DNA of 64,000 nt from Azolla caroliniana (lineage: Eukaryota > Plantae > Polypodiophyta), in assembly GCA_043228905.1 (NCBI GenBank), contig JBHGNT010000014.1, positions 18,476,001 through 18,540,000 on the forward strand, written 5' to 3'. Of the stretch, positions 59,615-64,000 are shown piece after piece. Within the stretch, counting starts at the first letter, position 1; each line of letters starts with the position of its first letter. Under the pieces are notes generated by a model that searched no databases, was not told where the DNA came from, and saw only the letters and a list, made by a program, of their open reading frames with translations. The position numbers were made by a program, and so were the translations under genes.

Positions 59615-61044
59615 CTACCACAATTGGGCAGACTTTGCAGAGCAAGTTCTCGAAAGGTACAGTTACAATGACTCACTCCGACTGTCAAGAAAGAACTTTG
59701 TGGATTGGATTAACAACCCTGACAATGGTCATAACGCTTCAGCGCTCCTCCAAGAGTTCGAGTCACGGTTCGCGCGGCTCTCTACATTGGACTGGACCGT
59801 GCTCGAGACGAGCAAGGTCCTATTGTTCGTTACATCGTTCAATTTGTGTGTCTGCGAAAGCATCAGCCTTCTTCTTGAAACAAACAACGGTCTCACGACC
59901 GACTAGGCTACTGTCAAAGGAGTGTGCAGTAGGATCAATAAATGCAGAGACTGGAAAGAGAAGGGGTCGTCGCCAGCCAGACCAGCTGTCGAAATTAGGG
60001 CTGAGCCGACGCTGACCCGACGCTGACCCGAACGGAAGAAGCGAGGAGGTGGCTCGACCTAGGCCCACCCCAGGCAAACATAGTCCCGTGGCCTTCAGGC
60101 GGCGCAAGACTGGAAGAACTAACAAGGATGGTGCGCGACATCCAGATCGCCCAGGCCCGACGAAGTGACGAGGGTCAGCCATGCGACAAGACGAACCAGG
60201 TGGAGGACCGAGCACTGACAAACAAGACCACCACAGCGGTGTGCAACTTTCTGATCGAGGATGTCATATGCCGATATGGGTGCGTAGGAAAGATTGTGGC
60301 TGACCGAGGGGAGCTAGATGCGGAGGAGGCCGAGGAACTGTTCGACCGGTTAGGCGTAAAATTGTCCCTCACAACGGCTTACAATCCGGAAGCAAATGGA
60401 ATGATTGAGTGGGGCCACGGTCCGATCGTAAAGGCCATTGTGCGCGCATGCGAAGGACGAGTCGGCGACTAGCCGAGGTTGCTCCCTTACGCGTTATGGG
60501 CGGACAGGACTACCCACAGTTCGGTGACAAGGTACATGCCGGCAGAACTTATGTATCGACAAAAACCCATCATGCCAGTGGAGCGGACGATCGCCTCCTG
60601 GATGGCGATCGATTGGGCTAATGAAATGAGCCGAGAAGAGTTGCTTGCAGCACACATCTGACAACTCGAGCAAATGCCAGAAGACGTGGAACGGGCCACG
60701 ACAAGGGTGAAAGAAGTGAGAATCCGAAACAAGGCCAGGTTCGACCGAACACACCGACTCCGGCCAAAGAAGATCAAGGAAGGTGATTGGGTATTAGTTT
60801 ACGAGAGCAGCCTCGACAACTAGCATCGGTCTACGCGTAAGTTCGTAAAGCAGTGGTTCGGGCCATACGTGATAATCAGCGTCAACGACAATGTGACGTA
60901 TCATCTCGCGGATCTCGACGGGACTCGAATGACGACATTGGTGGCTGGGAAGCGGATAAAGGCCTTCAAGAGGCGGAACCAGACCCAACGGTTGGAGCCG
61001 AAAGCAGTAGTTCAGAAGCGGAGGACAAGTAGCAGATGGCCCCG
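59615..61044 (+). pseudogene. G4 continuation: gag joined by deletion to integrase
   Basis: HNWADFAEQVLERY continues the gag from 14106; at ~60190 it jumps to TNQVEDRAL...YNPEANG...WFGPY. Confidence 0.85.
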
Positions 61045-61102
61045 TGTAAAGAATCAAGAGATGGATTCTTGTGAAGCGGAAGAGATGTGAGTTATGTGTG
61101 TG

Positions 61103-61140
<38 letters not shown>

Positions 61141-64000
61141 ACACAGAGAATACGCAAGGTAAAAGTATATTGACAAAGGAGAAAGACTCAACATTATACA
61201 AGGTGGGAGGAGGGTGCTTTATGTAGTCACCATCTCTCTTCATTAACTACAAGACTCATGGAGCATGGGGAATGTGAAAGCTCATAAGTTATGTGTCATA
61301 GAATATGATTCTATGACTCATACTAAATGCTAGAATACAAAGTGGTGACATAATGGTGACTCTTGACCGTTGGAGTGTCTCTTCACTCTCAAGGTGAGTT
61401 CACACACTAGACCAAGTTGAGCTTGATTCTCAACAAGCCCCCTCAAGCTCAAGTCGGGTCGGTTTCAGACGGTATCCGAAATCCGCTTTAACTCACATTC
61501 CGGAGTCCGCGTCGACTCGCTTTATGCGGAGCTGTGGAATCCGTGCTCCAACTTGCGTTGTGCGTAGTTACGAAGTCTGTGCTTCGGCTTGCATCTTTCT
61601 TTGCGGCTTTGCACGGTAGATCGGCTCTTCGCTACTTCATTGCGTGGTTGCGGAATCCACTCGTTATTGCGTAGTATCTTCAGTACTCCCCCTCAAGCTT
61701 GGCAGGTCAGGGATCGTCAATCCGAGATCGGTCATGAATTGCCATAGCTTGTCGGCTCCTAAGGCTTTAGTGAAGATGTCGGCCGTTTGAAGATTGGTGC
61801 TAATGTGTTGTAGGTCGACATTGCCAGCCAGAACGCGCTCTCGGATGAAGTGATAGTGCACTTCGATGTGCTTTGTCTACGCGTGGAACATCGGGTTCTG
61901 AGCCAGATAGATACTGCTCATGTTGTCGCAGTAAAGGGAAGTTGGATCCTTGATGGGTATGCCCAGATCCTTCAAAATCCTCTCGAGCCATACGGCTTCA
62001 CACGCAGCTACGTCTGCGCCCTTGTATTCCGCCTCCGTACTCGAAAGAGTGATGGTAGGTTGCTTCTTGCTACTCCAGGATATTGCTCCGTTGTCGAGGG
62101 AGAAAACAAATCCAGAGGTTGATCTTCTATCAGCTTTGTAGCTGGCCCAATCGGCATCTGTGTACCCCTCGAGTCGTATTGGCATCGCGGTCTTGTAGAG
62201 GATGCCGCAATCTATTGTGCCGCTCACGTATTGTAGAACTCGCTTAGCGCAATCCAAGTGAGTATCACGCGGTGTTTGCATGAATTGGCTAAGGAGACCG
62301 ACCGGATAACTGAGATCGGGTCGAGTGATCGTGAGGTAGATGAGACTCCTGATGAGTTGCCGATACTGAGTCGGCTCACACGCTTTGGTGCCGGAGTTCG
62401 CATCTAGTTTGAGATTACGATTGAGCGGGGTTGCCACGGATTTGCACTCAACCATCCCGAACTTGTATAACAAGTTGAGGATGTAGTGCCGTTGAGACAT
62501 CATGATTCCGGTCGGAGTCCGAATTACCTCGATGCCGAGGAAGTAGTGGAGCTCCTTCATGTCCGTCATCTCGAACTTGTCGGAAAGGAGGGATTTGACC
62601 TTAGTGATTTCGACGAGATGCTCACCTCCAATGACTAGGTCATCCACATATAAAATGATGATGATAGGACTTGCGGAATCGCTTCATATGTAGAGGGAAT
62701 TGTCCGATTTTGACATACGGAAGCCGATTTCATGAAGATATAGTGTTATCTTCGAATGCCAAGCACGTGGTGCTTGCTTGAGGCCGTAGAGTGGCTTCTT
62801 GAGTCGGCAAACAGCTTTCAGATGGGTGCTCGAGTTGAAGCCGAGTGGTTGGATCATGTACACCTCCTCTTCTAATTCACCTTGTAGAAAGGCGTTCTTG
62901 ACGTCCATTTGATGAAGGTGCCACCCTTTCGCCGCGGCAATCGCAATTACGGTCCGCACTGTCTTCATCTTTGCCACCAAGGCAAAGGTCTCTTCGTAGT
63001 CGACGCCATGTGTCTGAGCGTATCCTTTCGCTACGAGTCGAGCTTTGTAGCGGTTTACGGAGCCATCGGCGTTATACTTCACCTTGTAGATCCATCTGCA
63101 TCCGATCGCCTTTTTGTGTCGTGAGGTGGGAACGAGATCCCACATCTCGTTCTTCCATAGTGCTTGCATCTCCTCGTTCATTGCTTCGATCCATCGTGGG
63201 TCCTTCGCAGCTTCCGAAAAGGTTTCCGGATCCCGTACTGTCGCTACCTTCATCATAAAGACGTAATGGTACGCCATATACTCGTTGTAGTCGAATCGGC
63301 TTACGGGGTTCTTTTCACGAGTGGATCGGCGGAGCTTTTCATTTGCAGAGATGAGGGCTTTCTTAGCTCCAATTGGTACATCGTAGCCGCCGAACTCACT
63401 GTCGAGTGAGTGAGTCGATTCATCATCGTCGAAGCGATCGTCTTCATATTCCGCCATTTTCGCCTTGCCTTTGTCCCTCTTCGGGCTAGGCCGTGATGTG
63501 CTTTGATCGCTCAAAGGCTCTTGTGGTCCGCTCAGTCGGGTTGTGATCGGACTTTCTTCGATCATGCGCGTAGGGCGATCTTCATACTTGATCTCTTGTT
63601 CGGCAAATTCTGGGTCGAGCGGAGGCGAAGTTGTCTCTGGTGCGTACCAAGATGCGGACTCGTCAAAAACCACGTCTCGACTTACTCGAGATTTTCGAGT
63701 TGAGGGGTTATAGCACTTGTACCCCTTTTGCTCCAATGAGTATCCTACGAGGATACATTTCTCCGACTTCGGGTCAAGCTTTTGACGCTTCTCGTCGGGG
63801 ATGTTCACGTACGCTATCGTGCCGAATATCCGGATGTGCGATAAATCCGGCTTCCTTCCGAAGTATTTTTCGTGCGGAGTGACATCGTGCACGCCAAATG
63901 TTGTGCACCGGTTCATTAGGTAGACAGCCGTATTGGCAACTTCGGCCCAATATGACTTGGGCATATGCTTCTCGTTCATCATGGCCCACGCTATTTCGAG
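61045..64000 (-). mobile_element. Copia J (3' LTR 61045-61435; INT-RT-RH decayed; 5' part outside window)
   Basis: LTR with imperfect inverted termini TGTTGAGAATCAAG/CTTGATTCTTTACA; PPT rc at 61436; KARLVAKGY, YTDADWA; related to A and B. Confidence 0.9.

Noticed and set aside
61085-61140. (GA)n/(TG)n microsatellites as independent features
   Set aside because: Ordinary components of these LTRs.

Overview
The window is essentially all nested plant LTR retrotransposons, with no host gene. The element mix suggests a large-genome plant, possibly a non-seed plant (inference). From LTR termini, PBS/PPT and target-site duplications (TSDs) I resolve about 13 insertions. (1) Two near-identical young AT-rich Copia copies (A 1-4899 +, A' 39201-44625 -), both with the same in-frame TGA between integrase and RT. 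(2) An intact Tnt1/Tork-like Copia (H 46059-51580 -) and decayed relatives D, E, K and a solo LTR. (3) Copia elements B and J, related to A. (4) A non-chromovirus Gypsy (F) with a ~900-codon extra ORF. (5) Four members (G1-G4) of a Gypsy lineage with a tRNA-Trp PBS, 4-bp CG-centred TSDs and an apparent -1 frameshift after the protease; G3 is gag-only and has a tRNA-like A/B-box module in its LTRs. TSD and LTR pairing reveals an inversion produced by recombination between the oppositely oriented Copia elements D and E. Letter labels are mine. Lineage names come from motif recognition, not database searches.
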